Shown: piece after piece, positions 11,162-21,523 of the stretch
Numbering within the stretch: the first letter of the stretch is position 1
Layout of the letters: each line of letters begins with the position of its first letter
Assembly (NCBI GenBank): GCA_963841565.1
Contig: CAWJCY010000003.1
Coordinates: forward strand, 128,001 to 192,000
DNA: 64,000 nt
Direction: 5' to 3'
Source of the DNA: an uncultured Nitrososphaerales archaeon
GTDB lineage: Archaea; Thermoproteota; Nitrososphaeria; Nitrososphaerales; Nitrososphaeraceae
The notes under the pieces: generated by a model
What the model was told of the DNA's origin: nothing
Database searches by the model: none
What the model saw: only the letters and a program-made list of their open reading frames with translations
Translations under genes and position numbers: made by a program

Positions 11162-11824
11162 TTGGATTCACTTCTAAAGAAAAAAGCGCCGAATTTAAAA
11201 ATTGGCGAGTGGGTTCAAGGGGTACCGACTAATATCGATAAAGAACTAGGTAAGGTCATTGTTGTCGAAGTGTTTCAGGTTAACTGCCCCGGTTGCTTCT
11301 TATATGGTATACCAGAAGCTATTTCTGTATATAATATTACAAACAAGAGCGATGTGAAAGTGTTAGGAGTTGCTACCGCTTTTGAGGATTATGATAAGAA
11401 TACGTTGGATAACTTGAAACTGCTCATAACAAAAGGTGAGGTGATTGGCGAAACATTGCGCGCTCTTCGAATGTACGGTAGACTTAGGAACGGAAATAAG
11501 CTTCCCTACACCATCCCGCATCCGGTCGCTATGGACGCCTTAATAAGAAGGTCTGGCGATGTTCAAGAAAGCCAGGTACTAGATTTTCTTGAAGCGAACG
11601 TAGGCAGTTACCAGACTTACAGTGAACAGGACAAACAAATGCTTTTTGATCGTGCAAAACACTATCTGGTATCCAAGGAGTTTGCGGCTCTTACTTTCGA
11701 GGATTACAAACTCAGAGGAACTCCTTCAACTATTCTTATAGATCGAAACGGCTTAGTACGTGATATTGCCTTTGGTGCTGATGGAGGACTACAATCCAAA
11801 GTCGATTTGTTACTAAAAGAATAG
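11162..11824 (+). CDS. Thioredoxin-fold / TlpA-like redoxin
   Basis: EVFQVNCPGC CxxC motif; cis-Pro motif GTPSTILIDRNG. Confidence 0.8.
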   Translation: MDSLLKKKAPNLKIGEWVQGVPTNIDKELGKVIVVEVFQVNCPGCFLYGIPEAISVYNITNKSDVKVLGVATAFEDYDKNTLDNLKLLITKGEVIGETLRALRMYGRLRNGNKLPYTIPHPVAMDALIRRSGDVQESQVLDFLEANVGSYQTYSEQDKQMLFDRAKHYLVSKEFAALTFEDYKLRGTPSTILIDRNGLVRDIAFGADGGLQSKVDLLLKE

Positions 11825-12673
11825 ATGCAAGCACCTTTTCCTTCTCTATCTGTAGCGATCCCTGATACATCGTTAATCGATTCAAAATCTCTTCTGGAAA
11901 AGAGTTTAAGAGTGGCTCAATTCGCCCGCGCTCTATCCATTTTTCGAGTAGAGAAAGTCTACGTGTATCATGATGTATCATCAACCGTTCGACCAGACGA
12001 CACTAAATTAATCACTTTGCTACTTGAATACTTAGATACACCCCAATATTTGAGGAAATTGCTATATCCTAAAATGAAATTGTTACAATTTGCCGGTATG
12101 CTACCACCCATACAATCCCCTCATCACAAGAAGTTCCGAAGAGCCTCTGAAATTCAAGGCGAAGAGGCTCGAGCAGGTGTTTTACTGAGAAACAGGGGTA
12201 CTTGGGTAGTAGATGTTGGCCTGGATCGGACCGTTCCATTTGTCGGCCATACCAAAAATTCGAGAAAGGCAAATTTCAAATTGACAGTCAGAAAAGGACA
12301 ACTGGTCGCCGAGGAGATCAATGGAAAAGTAGACGAGAGCGAGTACTGGGGCTATGATGTAATCAGTATCCACACCCTATCAGACATCGCTAGAAGCCTT
12401 TCTGATGTAAAATTCGTCATAACCTCGCGAAGGGGAAATTCGATATCCCATATCATTCCTTCCCTTGCTAAGAATTTCAAACACACTTCCGAGTTAGTTT
12501 TGATTTTTGGTTCACCACGAAATGATGTTTGGGAGATTGTAAATAGGATGGATGAAAATCTTGTTAATTCATCGTTGGCTATCAATATGTTTCCGCTACA
12601 AGGCACCAACACGGTCCGATTAGAGGAAGCCTTGTTGGGCTCACTTGCCATAATCAATAGCATCCGAGTATAA
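11825..12673 (+). CDS. SPOUT RNA methyltransferase (DUF171)
   Basis: ARALSIFRV, EYLDTPQYLRK, YWGY, QGTNTVRLEEA; conserved position before rpl3. Confidence 0.9.
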   Translation: MQAPFPSLSVAIPDTSLIDSKSLLEKSLRVAQFARALSIFRVEKVYVYHDVSSTVRPDDTKLITLLLEYLDTPQYLRKLLYPKMKLLQFAGMLPPIQSPHHKKFRRASEIQGEEARAGVLLRNRGTWVVDVGLDRTVPFVGHTKNSRKANFKLTVRKGQLVAEEINGKVDESEYWGYDVISIHTLSDIARSLSDVKFVITSRRGNSISHIIPSLAKNFKHTSELVLIFGSPRNDVWEIVNRMDENLVNSSLAINMFPLQGTNTVRLEEALLGSLAIINSIRV

Positions 12674-12759
12674 CTTGGCAGCTGGCAGGCGTGCTAGACT
12701 TGAATCTTGAGTAATGTGTATAAATTTATTAAAGGGGCAGGGAGAGGGATGGTCTATCC

Positions 12760-13755
12760 ATGGGCCATAGAAAATATAGCGCTCCACGAAGGGGCAGTGT
12801 GGCATTTAGACCTAGAGCTAGAGCAAAAAGTCTAGAAGCAAGAGTTCGGAATTGGGCCCAAAGTACAGAAGCTAAACCCGTTCTTGGCGCCTTTGCTGGG
12901 TTTAAGGTTGGCATGTTAAGCGTCGTGACTGTTGATGATCGAGACAGGACGCCCAACTTCGGGAAGCAACTTGCAAACCCTTCTACATTACTCGCGACTC
13001 CGCCATTGACTATAGCAGGCATACGTGGATATCGAGTCGATTACAGTGGTAGGCATGCGTTGTTTGACGTAAGATCTCGAGACACAATCAGGGATCAGAA
13101 AAAAAAGGTTCAGCAAGGTTCTTTGGAAGAGGCGATGAGTAAGGCAGAAGGTTATCTCAATAATATTAGTTATGTATACGTAGTGGTTTCAGTCTCTCCT
13201 AAAGATGCTGGATTATCCCAAAAGAAACCCTATACTTTTGAAATCCAGCTTACGGGCGGCGATACAAAGCAAAACTTTGACTATGCAAAATCGATTATGG
13301 GTAAGAAGTTAAAAGTGACGGATATATTTCGAACAGGTCAATCGATAGACGTTGCCGCTATTACACGGGGAAAAGGAGTTGAGGGTCCAATTACTCGGTT
13401 TGGAGTAAAGAGAAAGCAGCACAAGTCGAGAAAAAGTGTTCGTGCAGTGGGGACACTTGGTCCCATATCTCCAGCAGTTGTAATGTTTACCGTCCCAAGA
13501 CAGGGTCAACGAGGCTTTCACCAAAGGATCGAATACAATAAACGGATATTATTAATTGGGAACACATCTGAAGAGGGACTTGACATCAACCGGAAAGGAG
13601 GGTTCAAGCACTTCGGAGCATTAAATGGAGATTTTATAGTTGTTAGGGGTTCTATTCCAGGAGTTCCAAAAAGACTAGTAAAGCTGAGAATGCCAATTAG
13701 GCAGAAGAATACGAAGATTTTAGAGCCTAAAATTGTAGAAGTGGTGGTAAAGTAG
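12760..13755 (+). CDS. rpl3: 50S ribosomal protein L3
   Basis: APRRGSVAFRPRAR, GFKVGM, GQRGFHQRIEYNK. Confidence 0.97.
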   Translation: MGHRKYSAPRRGSVAFRPRARAKSLEARVRNWAQSTEAKPVLGAFAGFKVGMLSVVTVDDRDRTPNFGKQLANPSTLLATPPLTIAGIRGYRVDYSGRHALFDVRSRDTIRDQKKKVQQGSLEEAMSKAEGYLNNISYVYVVVSVSPKDAGLSQKKPYTFEIQLTGGDTKQNFDYAKSIMGKKLKVTDIFRTGQSIDVAAITRGKGVEGPITRFGVKRKQHKSRKSVRAVGTLGPISPAVVMFTVPRQGQRGFHQRIEYNKRILLIGNTSEEGLDINRKGGFKHFGALNGDFIVVRGSIPGVPKRLVKLRMPIRQKNTKILEPKIVEVVVK

Positions 13756-13756
13756 C

Positions 13757-14561
13757 TTGAAGGCGAAAGTACTAGATCTGGATCGTAGTAATGTAGGGTC
13801 TATAGATTTACCACAAGTCTTTCTTACACCATATCACCCTGCAGTAATACACAAAACGTACGTCAGCTTAATCTCGCATTCGTATCAAGCTCAGGGTAGG
13901 TATCCCTTTGCAGGAGAGATTGTTAGCGCTGAGTCTCGCAATACTGGTCTAGGGATTGCGAGGATTGCAAGGGCTAGGGGACAAGGTTTTCCCAGGGCTG
14001 GTCAAGTCTGCGGGTGTAGCCGGGGTAAGACATGGAAGAGTCGCGCATCCTCCAGTCTCATTTAAGAGAATATACAAGAAGATTAATAAAAAGGAGAAAA
14101 TCCTAGCACTTTGTTCCGCAATTGCTGCTACATCAAGGCGTGATCTCGTAAAGCGGCGTGGACATGAGCTTGAGGATAGTTTAGAACTTCCTCTAATTGT
14201 TTCAAATAAGATTGAATCGATAGATAAGGCAAATGATCTTAATAGGGCCTTGATAAAATTGGGCTTGGAGGCGGATTTAGAACGTGCAAAGTCGAAGAGC
14301 CGAACTGTACGGGGAACTTCAAGAAGACATGGTAGATCTTCTGGTGTGAGTGTTCTGTTACTAGTATCTAGGAACAGCAACATTATGAAACTAAAAAGAT
14401 CATTAGCGGGGGTTGATGTGAAAGCTGTGGATAGTTTGAATGTAATGGACCTATTGCCTGGTTCCAAACCAATACGGCTGACTATGTATTCACAGAATGC
14501 AATTGATGCGCTGGTAAAGTTCAACGGATTAAGTGGAAACTTGGGGAGGAAAACTGAATGA
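13757..14561 (+). CDS. rpl4: 50S ribosomal protein L4, split by one extra base near 14007 (probable sequence error)
   Basis: Frame 1 ...SAESRNTGLGIARIAR..PRAGQ joins frame 2 AGVAGVRHGRVAHPP...INKKEK..SAIAAT if one base is removed. Confidence 0.92.
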
Positions 14562-14854
14562 GTAAGGATGTACCTGCAAAGGATCTTCTTTCCATAGAAG
14601 ATGCTAGGTCGGTTCTAATTCAACCATACATCACCGAGAAAACATTCAATATGATAGAAAAGGAGAACAAATTGGTTTTTATAGTTAGAGAAAGGAGCAC
14701 AAAGCAACTGATAAGAGAAGTTATGAGTGTGCTGTACGATGCCGACGTTATAGATATTAACACATTCAGAACAATCAGAGGAAAGAAGGCTGCTGTGAAG
14801 TTCAGTGATCCAAATGGAGCAAGGGACTTAGCTACCACGTTGGGCCTGGTGTAG
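14558..14854 (+). CDS. rpl23: 50S ribosomal protein L23
   Basis: PYITEKT..IEKENKLVFIV, GKKAAVKF; operon position. Confidence 0.95.
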   Translation: MSKDVPAKDLLSIEDARSVLIQPYITEKTFNMIEKENKLVFIVRERSTKQLIREVMSVLYDADVIDINTFRTIRGKKAAVKFSDPNGARDLATTLGLV

Positions 14855-14929
14855 GTTCTGTGTCAGTTCAGTTAGTGTCACTACCCAGTACGTTTAAAAG
14901 TGGAATAAATCATGCAGACGGTGATATAC

Positions 14930-15338
14930 GTGGTTAGGGAGTTTAAGTTTAAAGGTTATCTACCTGAACAACTGCAGGCATTACCCATAGAATCACTTTT
15001 GCCACTTTTGAACTCAAGACAGAGACGATCTTTGGATAAAAGAGTGGGCAAATTCATGACCGATGAAAAGAGAAAACTTCGCGAAGAGATTAAGCGAAAT
15101 AGGGAGGGAAAGTCAGACTGACGAGATAAAAACCCACCTCAGAGACATGATTATTCTTCCAGATATGATCGGAGTGACTATTAAAGTTCATAATGGCAAG
15201 GAATTCGTTCCAGTAAATATTAGACCAGAGATGGTTGGGCATTACGTAGGTGAATACTCTATCACTAACAAACGCGTTCAGCACGGAGCTCCTGGAGTTG
15301 GTTCATCAAGATCCAGTCTATACGTCCCCTTAAAGTGA
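14930..15338 (+). CDS. rps19: 30S ribosomal protein S19, split by one extra base near 15117
   Basis: GTG start after GGTGA SD; [14 protein letters not shown] in one frame, [32 protein letters not shown] in the next. Confidence 0.92.
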
Positions 15339-15345
15339 ATGTATT

Positions 15346-15822
15346 ATGCCAGAATATGGATATGCTTTAGAAAATTTTGACAAGTCAAGACACGTAAGAG
15401 CCTCGATAAGGGACAAGTCAACCTCGCATAAGCATGCTAGAGAGGTAGCAGTAGCCATTAAAGGGATGTCGATCGAAAAAGCGCGCCTATTTCTTGAAGA
15501 TGTGATTGCCAGGAAAATAGCTGTACCATATAGAAGATACAATAACGAGGTCGCTCATAGATCTAATATCCGTGATGGCTTTTGCTCGGGCCGATATCCT
15601 AAGAAAGCTGCCCGAGAAGTGTTAAAGTTGTTGGACAATCTGGAGGCAAATGCTGAATATAAGGGAATGGATTTGGATTCATTGAAGATCACAAGTGCCG
15701 TAGTACATAAAGGTACAAAGATCAAGAGATTTACTCCTAGAGCGATGGGAAGATCTAGTCCCAAATACAATACATTGATACATTTTGAGTTGGTTGCACA
15801 AGAAAAGAGGGTTCATGAATGA
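15346..15822 (+). CDS. rpl22: 50S ribosomal protein L22
   Basis: SHKHAREVA, GRYPKKAA, PRAMGRSSP. Confidence 0.97.
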   Translation: MPEYGYALENFDKSRHVRASIRDKSTSHKHAREVAVAIKGMSIEKARLFLEDVIARKIAVPYRRYNNEVAHRSNIRDGFCSGRYPKKAAREVLKLLDNLEANAEYKGMDLDSLKITSAVVHKGTKIKRFTPRAMGRSSPKYNTLIHFELVAQEKRVHE

Positions 15823-16532
15823 GTGCTATCAATAATGTAATGAAAAATAATTTTAGAAATCTCGAGTTAGATGAGTTCCTTTCGGAAACTCTAAGAGATG
15901 CAGGATATGGACGCGTAGATGTACAGAAGACGCCAATAGGAACCAGAATTACCTTAAGTGTTACTCGTCCGGGGTTGGTGATCGGAAGGAAAGGCACTGG
16001 GATAAAAGATTTAACAACAAAATTGGAACAAAAGTTTGGTTTAACCAATCCTCAGATCTCTGTCATTGAACTCGAAGCCCCTGAGCTGAACCCTAAGATC
16101 ATGTGTAATCGAATCGCACAATTGATCGAAAGAGGTACCGCATTCAGAAGGGCAGCGATATGGACGAATAACACGATAATGAATGCAGGTGCTTTAGGCG
16201 TTGAGATCACAGTAGCAGGTAAACTGAGAAGTGAAAGAGCCCATTTCGAAAAGCACGCTGCAGGTCTGGTCCCAAAGAGTGGTGATGTAGCAAACAAGGT
16301 GGTAAGATACGGAGTCACCCATGTGCTGACTAAGATGGGATTAATGGGAATACAATTGAAAATAGCGATTAAAAACGAAATGCCTCGCGAGTTCGAGATG
16401 ATCGATTCAGAAACTAGTGACAAAACAACGGAAGTTCAGAAGCTGGAAAGTACAGTGGAAGCTGTAGCTGAAGACAAAAAAACCGTTGAAGGAAATGAAT
16501 CTGTAGAGGCGGAAAGAAAGAGCGATGGGTAG
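15819..16532 (+). CDS. rps3: 30S ribosomal protein S3
   Basis: KTPIGTRI, RPGLVIGRKG, GKLRSERA. Confidence 0.97.
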   Translation: MSAINNVMKNNFRNLELDEFLSETLRDAGYGRVDVQKTPIGTRITLSVTRPGLVIGRKGTGIKDLTTKLEQKFGLTNPQISVIELEAPELNPKIMCNRIAQLIERGTAFRRAAIWTNNTIMNAGALGVEITVAGKLRSERAHFEKHAAGLVPKSGDVANKVVRYGVTHVLTKMGLMGIQLKIAIKNEMPREFEMIDSETSDKTTEVQKLESTVEAVAEDKKTVEGNESVEAERKSDG

Positions 16533-16731
16533 AATTAAACTGAAGGTATTACGTGAAATGAATGATAGGGATCTTACAGAGAAATTGGATGAACTATCTT
16601 CTGAACTTACAAAGCTGAGATCTGAGGGTGCAAAGGGCACATTAAAGAAGGAAACAGCGAGTATCAGATGGACCAGAAGGGATATCGCGAGAATAAAGAC
16701 GATACTCACAGAGAGGGTCGAAAACCATTGA
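16525..16731 (+). CDS. rpl29: 50S ribosomal protein L29
   Basis: LREM...RRDIARIKT; operon position. Confidence 0.93.
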   Translation: MGRIKLKVLREMNDRDLTEKLDELSSELTKLRSEGAKGTLKKETASIRWTRRDIARIKTILTERVENH

Positions 16732-16994
16732 TAACAAGCGAGAATATGATTTATCATGAATTAGTTGGACTGCACGCCCGCATGTTCGATTCAGGTCCAT
16801 ATTCTGGATTATCTGGACGTATTGTTAAGGAAACTAGAAATATGATCACCCTCAGATCCGGTGAGGTACTGAAGAGTTTGCCGAAAAATTGTATTAATAT
16901 TAGGTTAACGCTTCCCACTTGCGGTTGCTTTATAAGTGGAAAGTGTCTGATAGGGAGACCAGAGGACCGAATTGTAAGGAAGAGTTTGGGATGA
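16728..16994 (+). CDS. rnp1: RNase P protein component 1 (Rpp29/Pop4); TTG start overlapping rpl29 stop
   Basis: HELVGL, GRIVKETRNM, GRPEDRI. Confidence 0.9.
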   Translation: MITSENMIYHELVGLHARMFDSGPYSGLSGRIVKETRNMITLRSGEVLKSLPKNCINIRLTLPTCGCFISGKCLIGRPEDRIVRKSLG

Positions 16995-16997
16995 ATT

Positions 16998-17321
16998 ATG
17001 GTTAGAAATATTGGAATTTCTGTGTCTCCACCCCGGAGATCATGTGAAGATATAAATTGTCCTTTTCATGGCAAACTCTCGGTTAGAGGTCGAGTTTTTA
17101 CGGGTACTTTGGTTAGTGCAAAAGCCCGAAAAATGGTTGTTGTTGAACATCAATATTCAAGGCCGGTAACGAAATACAAAAGATTTGAAAGAAGCAAATC
17201 AAAAATGCATGCATATGCTCCCGAATGTATGGATGTAATTGAAGGAAAGCGGGTACGAATCGCAGAATGCCGACCTTTGACTAAGACTGTTGCTTTTGTG
17301 GTGATAGAGGTGGAGCAATAG
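16998..17321 (+). CDS. rps17: 30S ribosomal protein S17
   Basis: CPFHGKLSVRGR, KYKRFER, AECRPLTKT. Confidence 0.97.
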   Translation: MVRNIGISVSPPRRSCEDINCPFHGKLSVRGRVFTGTLVSAKARKMVVVEHQYSRPVTKYKRFERSKSKMHAYAPECMDVIEGKRVRIAECRPLTKTVAFVVIEVEQ

Positions 17322-17323
17322 AG

Positions 17324-17758
17324 GTGTCCTCCAAGTCAAGAGCCGTTTCAGCAAAAGGTGTGGAAGAATTCAGGCCGTATGTCACAAGAGCATTGCCTAT
17401 GACTGCTACTTTGGTGTGTGCAGATAATACCGGCGCCAAGATTCTTCGCATTGCTCAGGTAAAGAGGTTTAAGGGACGACATTCCCGGTTACCGGCAGCT
17501 GCAGTGGGTGACTTTGTAACCGTAACCGTCAAGAAAGGTCCAGCAGAGTTGCGAAAGCAGATCTTTGGCGCAGTAATAATACGGCAAAAATACCCTGTCC
17601 GAAGATTGAATGGAAATAGGTTAGTGTTTGAAGATAACGCTGCGGTATTGGTTACTCCTGAGGGTGAGATTAAGGGAACAGACATAAAGGGGCCAGTAGC
17701 TGCTGAGGCAGCTGAAAAATGGCCAAGGATTGCAAATTTGGCTGCGCTAATCGTTTGA
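17324..17758 (+). CDS. rpl14: 50S ribosomal protein L14
   Basis: CADNTGAK, FEDNAAV, GPVAAEAAEKWPRIA. Confidence 0.97.
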   Translation: MSSKSRAVSAKGVEEFRPYVTRALPMTATLVCADNTGAKILRIAQVKRFKGRHSRLPAAAVGDFVTVTVKKGPAELRKQIFGAVIIRQKYPVRRLNGNRLVFEDNAAVLVTPEGEIKGTDIKGPVAAEAAEKWPRIANLAALIV

Positions 17759-17783
17759 AAAATGAATGGAGTAGAGAAAATTA

Positions 17784-18224
17784 TTGACAAATAGATTAAT
17801 AGGCGTCGTTCCAAAGCATTTGACGGAGCGCAAACTCAGGTCTCCTCTATCGCATGCCCTACGGGAAAAATTCGGAAGGCGCAACTTAAGAGTGATTGCC
17901 GGAGATACAATCAAAGTGATTCGCGGTGAATATAGTGGTATCGAAGGCAAGGTTGAAAAAGTTAACATGAAGCGGGGAAGTCTCGCTATTGAAGGAATCC
18001 AAAGGGAAAAGGTGCGCGGAGGAAACGTAAAGGTAGAAATTAATTCTACTAATGTTGTAATTACGGATTTAGATTTGGATGATAAGTATCGACAGGTTTT
18101 GATTCAAAGAATTAACGAACCAGAGAAAAAAAAGCCAATTGAAAAGAAACCTAGAATTAGAAAACAAAGTAAGCGACGTTCAACAAATAATAGGAAGAGT
18201 AAAACCAAAGGAGGAGAGAAATAG
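17784..18224 (+). CDS. rpl24: 50S ribosomal protein L24
   Basis: SPLS..LREKFGRR, KOW motif GDTIKVIRGE. Confidence 0.95.
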   Translation: MTNRLIGVVPKHLTERKLRSPLSHALREKFGRRNLRVIAGDTIKVIRGEYSGIEGKVEKVNMKRGSLAIEGIQREKVRGGNVKVEINSTNVVITDLDLDDKYRQVLIQRINEPEKKKPIEKKPRIRKQSKRRSTNNRKSKTKGGEK

Positions 18225-18226
18225 AT

Positions 18227-18946
18227 TTGGCAAAGAAGGGAGGAGATACTACCGTCAAGAGGCAGCGTGCTCCTTCGTTTTGGAAGATTAGACGAAAGCA
18301 AGGCCGATTTGTGGTCCGTGCAAGGCCGGGGCCCCATCAGAAGGCTATTTGTTATCCGCTTGGGATTCTAATTAGAGATGTATTGAGAGTCGCTCAGAGC
18401 ATGGACGAAGTAAAAAGAATGCTCAATGATGGAAAGGTATCTGTAGATGGCGTGGTAAGGAGAAGCATTGGTTGGCCGGTAGGATTAATGGATATTATAG
18501 AACTTATTCCTTTATCACAAGCGTTCCGTTTAGTACCAAAAGATAGGAATCTCTTGGTCCCAGTGCTTCTTTCAAAACAGACTGAAAAGAGCCTAAAACT
18601 ACTAAGAGTAACACTTAGGAAAACGATTAAAGGGAAAGAAACACAATACGGTTTTCATGACGGTAAAACTTTGATTGCGAATGAGCAGTATTCCGTAGGA
18701 GATTCATGTTTAATCGATCTGTCCAATAAGGAGGTCAAGTCACATATGAAATTAGAGAAGGGTTCAATTGTCCTTGTTACAAAAGGCGAGAATGCAGGGG
18801 CTATTGGAAAGATTGAAGAAATTCGTGAAGGCCTTTTCTCATTGCCTAAGCGAACGGTGGTTTCATTTGGTGATAGATCAGTTGAACTACCGGTACAGAT
18901 GGTCATGTTGGTCGGTCATGAAGAGCCAATAATTCAAGTGAGTTGA
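18227..18946 (+). CDS. rps4e: 30S ribosomal protein S4e
   Basis: KRQRAPSFW, PGPH, VDGVVRR, HDGKT. Confidence 0.96.
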   Translation: MAKKGGDTTVKRQRAPSFWKIRRKQGRFVVRARPGPHQKAICYPLGILIRDVLRVAQSMDEVKRMLNDGKVSVDGVVRRSIGWPVGLMDIIELIPLSQAFRLVPKDRNLLVPVLLSKQTEKSLKLLRVTLRKTIKGKETQYGFHDGKTLIANEQYSVGDSCLIDLSNKEVKSHMKLEKGSIVLVTKGENAGAIGKIEEIREGLFSLPKRTVVSFGDRSVELPVQMVMLVGHEEPIIQVS

Positions 18947-19474
18947 ATGAATATGGATACTTCGAATTCGGAAAATATTATGAGAAGGATTTCGGTAGGG
19001 AAGGTTGTCATTAATATCGGTGTTGGAAAATCTGGAGAGCCTGTTGAAAGAGCGAAGCACGGTTTAGAAGATTTGACTGGAAAAATCCCGACGGTAACGA
19101 CGGCCAAAAAAAACTTGCGAGATTTTGGAATCCACCAAGGAGAACCGATTGGAGCGATGGTGACGCTGAGAAGAAAGGATGCAAACGATTTCTTGAAAAG
19201 ATGTCTAGAAGCTAAAGGCAATAAGATAAATATTAGTTCCTTCGACGATTATGGCAACATCTCCATGGGCATACGTGAACACATAGACATCCCTGGTACA
19301 AAATACAATCCCGATATTGGTATCTTTGGCATGAATGTCTGCGTTAGTTTGGTGAGGCCCGGCTATAGCATTTCCAAGAAAAGAAATAAGAGTAAGATCG
19401 GCAAAGGTCACAGGATTAGTAAGGATGGGGCAATTGAATTCTTTACAAGTGGATTCGGAGTTGAAGTATCATAA
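18947..19474 (+). CDS. rpl5: 50S ribosomal protein L5
   Basis: [42 protein letters not shown]. Confidence 0.97.
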   Translation: MNMDTSNSENIMRRISVGKVVINIGVGKSGEPVERAKHGLEDLTGKIPTVTTAKKNLRDFGIHQGEPIGAMVTLRRKDANDFLKRCLEAKGNKINISSFDDYGNISMGIREHIDIPGTKYNPDIGIFGMNVCVSLVRPGYSISKKRNKSKIGKGHRISKDGAIEFFTSGFGVEVS

Positions 19475-19653
19475 TGCCAAAACCTAGGGATTATGAAATT
19501 ACTAAAAGGAGAAAAATTGCCCATGGTAAGGGTTCGAGGTGGTGCAAGAGATGTGGTGCCTATAATGGATTGATACAGCAGTACAAATTGTTTTTATGTA
19601 GACAGTGTTTTAGAGAGGTTGCCCAGCACTTGGGCTTTTACAAGTACGAATGA
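19474..19653 (+). CDS. rps14: 30S ribosomal protein S14 (Zn type; not in ORF track)
   Basis: Manual translation [28 protein letters not shown]...[19 protein letters not shown], 59 aa. Confidence 0.95.
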   Translation: MPKPRDYEITKRRKIAHGKGSRWCKRCGAYNGLIQQYKLFLCRQCFREVAQHLGFYKYE

Positions 19654-19675
19654 TTGGGAGGATGGTAATAGTTAA

Positions 19676-20068
19676 ATGCCAGCATTAAATGTGTTAGCGA
19701 ATTTGCTGAATACACTATATAATAACGAATCAAGAAGAAAAAAAGAGTGTATTGTTGTGCCTGCGTCTAGATTCACTAGCGAAGTATTGCGGGTCATGCA
19801 GAAACATCATTACGTCGGCGAGTTTGAACAAATTGACGATGGTAGAGCGGGGAAGTTTCGTATTCAACTTCTAGCCGCTATAAACAAGTGCGGGATAGTT
19901 ACTCCAAAGTATAGTGTTAGAAAAAACGGGTATCTTGACTGGGAAAGACGATACTTACCTGCATTCAGCATGGGTGTATTAATTGTCTCAACAAGTAAGG
20001 GTGTTATGTCACATCACGAAGCCCAACAGCTGGGATTAGGTGGAGTCCTAGTAGGATATGTGTACTGA
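19676..20068 (+). CDS. rps8: 30S ribosomal protein S8
   Basis: IDDGRAG, INKCG, IVSTSKGVMSH. Confidence 0.97.
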   Translation: MPALNVLANLLNTLYNNESRRKKECIVVPASRFTSEVLRVMQKHHYVGEFEQIDDGRAGKFRIQLLAAINKCGIVTPKYSVRKNGYLDWERRYLPAFSMGVLIVSTSKGVMSHHEAQQLGLGGVLVGYVY

Positions 20069-20621
20069 AAAAATTCCGATTGAGAAAATGAGTGTCGACC
20101 TAACGATACCCTCAGAGGTAACTGTATCCATAGAAAAAGACCACATTCAAGTTCACGGAAAGCTAGGCACCCTTAGAAAAGATTTATCAAAGATTCCAAT
20201 AAAAGTGGACATCGGTCAAAATGGCATTAAGATTTCTTCCTATGGAAAGAGGAAGCGAGATTTTGCGATTATTAACACTGCAAAAAGCATTTTGAACAAT
20301 ATGATTCGTGGGGTAGAGAAAGGATACACTTATCGATTAAAAGTTGTTTTTGCGCATTTCCCCATTTCTGTTAAGGTAAAGGGATCTGAGGTCCATGTGG
20401 AAAATATCTTTGGAGAGAGAGCACCAAGAATATCCATGATAGTAGGTAGTAATACAAAAGTAAAGACAAGCGGCGATGACGTGTTGGTAACTGGACCGAG
20501 CATTGAAGACGTGTCTCAGACAGCTGCCAACATCGAGTCGTCAACAAAAATAAGGGGGAAGGACCAAAGAGTATTTCTTGATGGACTATACATCTATTCT
20601 AGAGAAGCCGGAATAACGTAA
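20058..20621 (+). CDS. rpl6: 50S ribosomal protein L6
   Basis: FAHFPISV, QTAANIE, KDQRVFLDGLYI. Confidence 0.97.
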   Translation: MCTEKIPIEKMSVDLTIPSEVTVSIEKDHIQVHGKLGTLRKDLSKIPIKVDIGQNGIKISSYGKRKRDFAIINTAKSILNNMIRGVEKGYTYRLKVVFAHFPISVKVKGSEVHVENIFGERAPRISMIVGSNTKVKTSGDDVLVTGPSIEDVSQTAANIESSTKIRGKDQRVFLDGLYIYSREAGIT

Positions 20622-20809
20622 AAACCTGTATAGTCTGTAGGATTCATCTTTGTGGGCGGGAGTATATTTGATCGCTAAAGATTCACCCTATTTCAAATCT
20701 CGAGTTTAGAAAGATGTTATTCTTCAGCCATTATTTGTGCTCCAGTGTTGACTAATCATTCTGGAGACGTAGAACGGGCTCAAGCATAGCTTTTAATTGA
20801 TTAGAAGAA

Positions 20810-21523
20810 GTGTATCTTAACGTGAAAGGCGTTATACTTGCTGGGGGTTTGGGAAAAAGGCTCAGACCAATCACTGATGAGAGGCCAAAACCTATGATAG
20901 AAGTTTGCGACCGACCAATAATCGAATGGCAAATCAGATGGTTCAAAAATCATGAAGTCGATGAAATTGTTATATGTGTAGGATACCTTAAGGAACGTAT
21001 TATTGATTACATCGGAAGTGGAAACAGATTCGGTGTAAGAGTTGGTTATGCTGTTGAAGAGGAACCACTCGGAACAGGCGGAGCACTGAAGAATGCTAGG
21101 AGCTTGATTAACGGTTCAAAAGGCGAGGGTTTCTTTATGGTAAATGGCGATATTTTAACAGACCTAGATCCAAATGTTCTTAAGCACACTAAAAATTCTG
21201 CGTTAGCACTCGTGCCATTGAAGAGTCCATATGGTGTCATTGAATTGGACAAGAACGGCCTCGTTACTGGCTTTGTTGAGAAGCCACAGATCAATGACAA
21301 ATGGATTAATGCAGGGGTCTATTTTTTTACTAACGATGTTTTCGATTTTCTACCTGACCATGGAAACATAGAAACATCGGCTTTGCCCATCATGGCGAAA
21401 GACCGAATTTTAAAGGGCGTTACATTCTCTACCTCTTTCTGGAGATCAGTTGATTCGCATAAAGATATGGACGAGGCTACCAAGGAAATTCAGAATTCTC
21501 AATTGGTTTCACGAGGGGACTAA
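20810..21523 (+). CDS. Sugar-phosphate nucleotidyltransferase
   Basis: ILAGGLGKRLRPIT..RPKPM, EPLGTGGA, NGDI, EKP, INAGVY. Confidence 0.9.
   Translation: MYLNVKGVILAGGLGKRLRPITDERPKPMIEVCDRPIIEWQIRWFKNHEVDEIVICVGYLKERIIDYIGSGNRFGVRVGYAVEEEPLGTGGALKNARSLINGSKGEGFFMVNGDILTDLDPNVLKHTKNSALALVPLKSPYGVIELDKNGLVTGFVEKPQINDKWINAGVYFFTNDVFDFLPDHGNIETSALPIMAKDRILKGVTFSTSFWRSVDSHKDMDEATKEIQNSQLVSRGD

Noticed and set aside
13757-15338. Programmed frameshifting or real pseudogenisation of rpl4 and rps19
   Set aside because: Essential genes, no slippery runs at the junctions, and the same +1 pattern occurs in unrelated genes; sequencing error is more parsimonious
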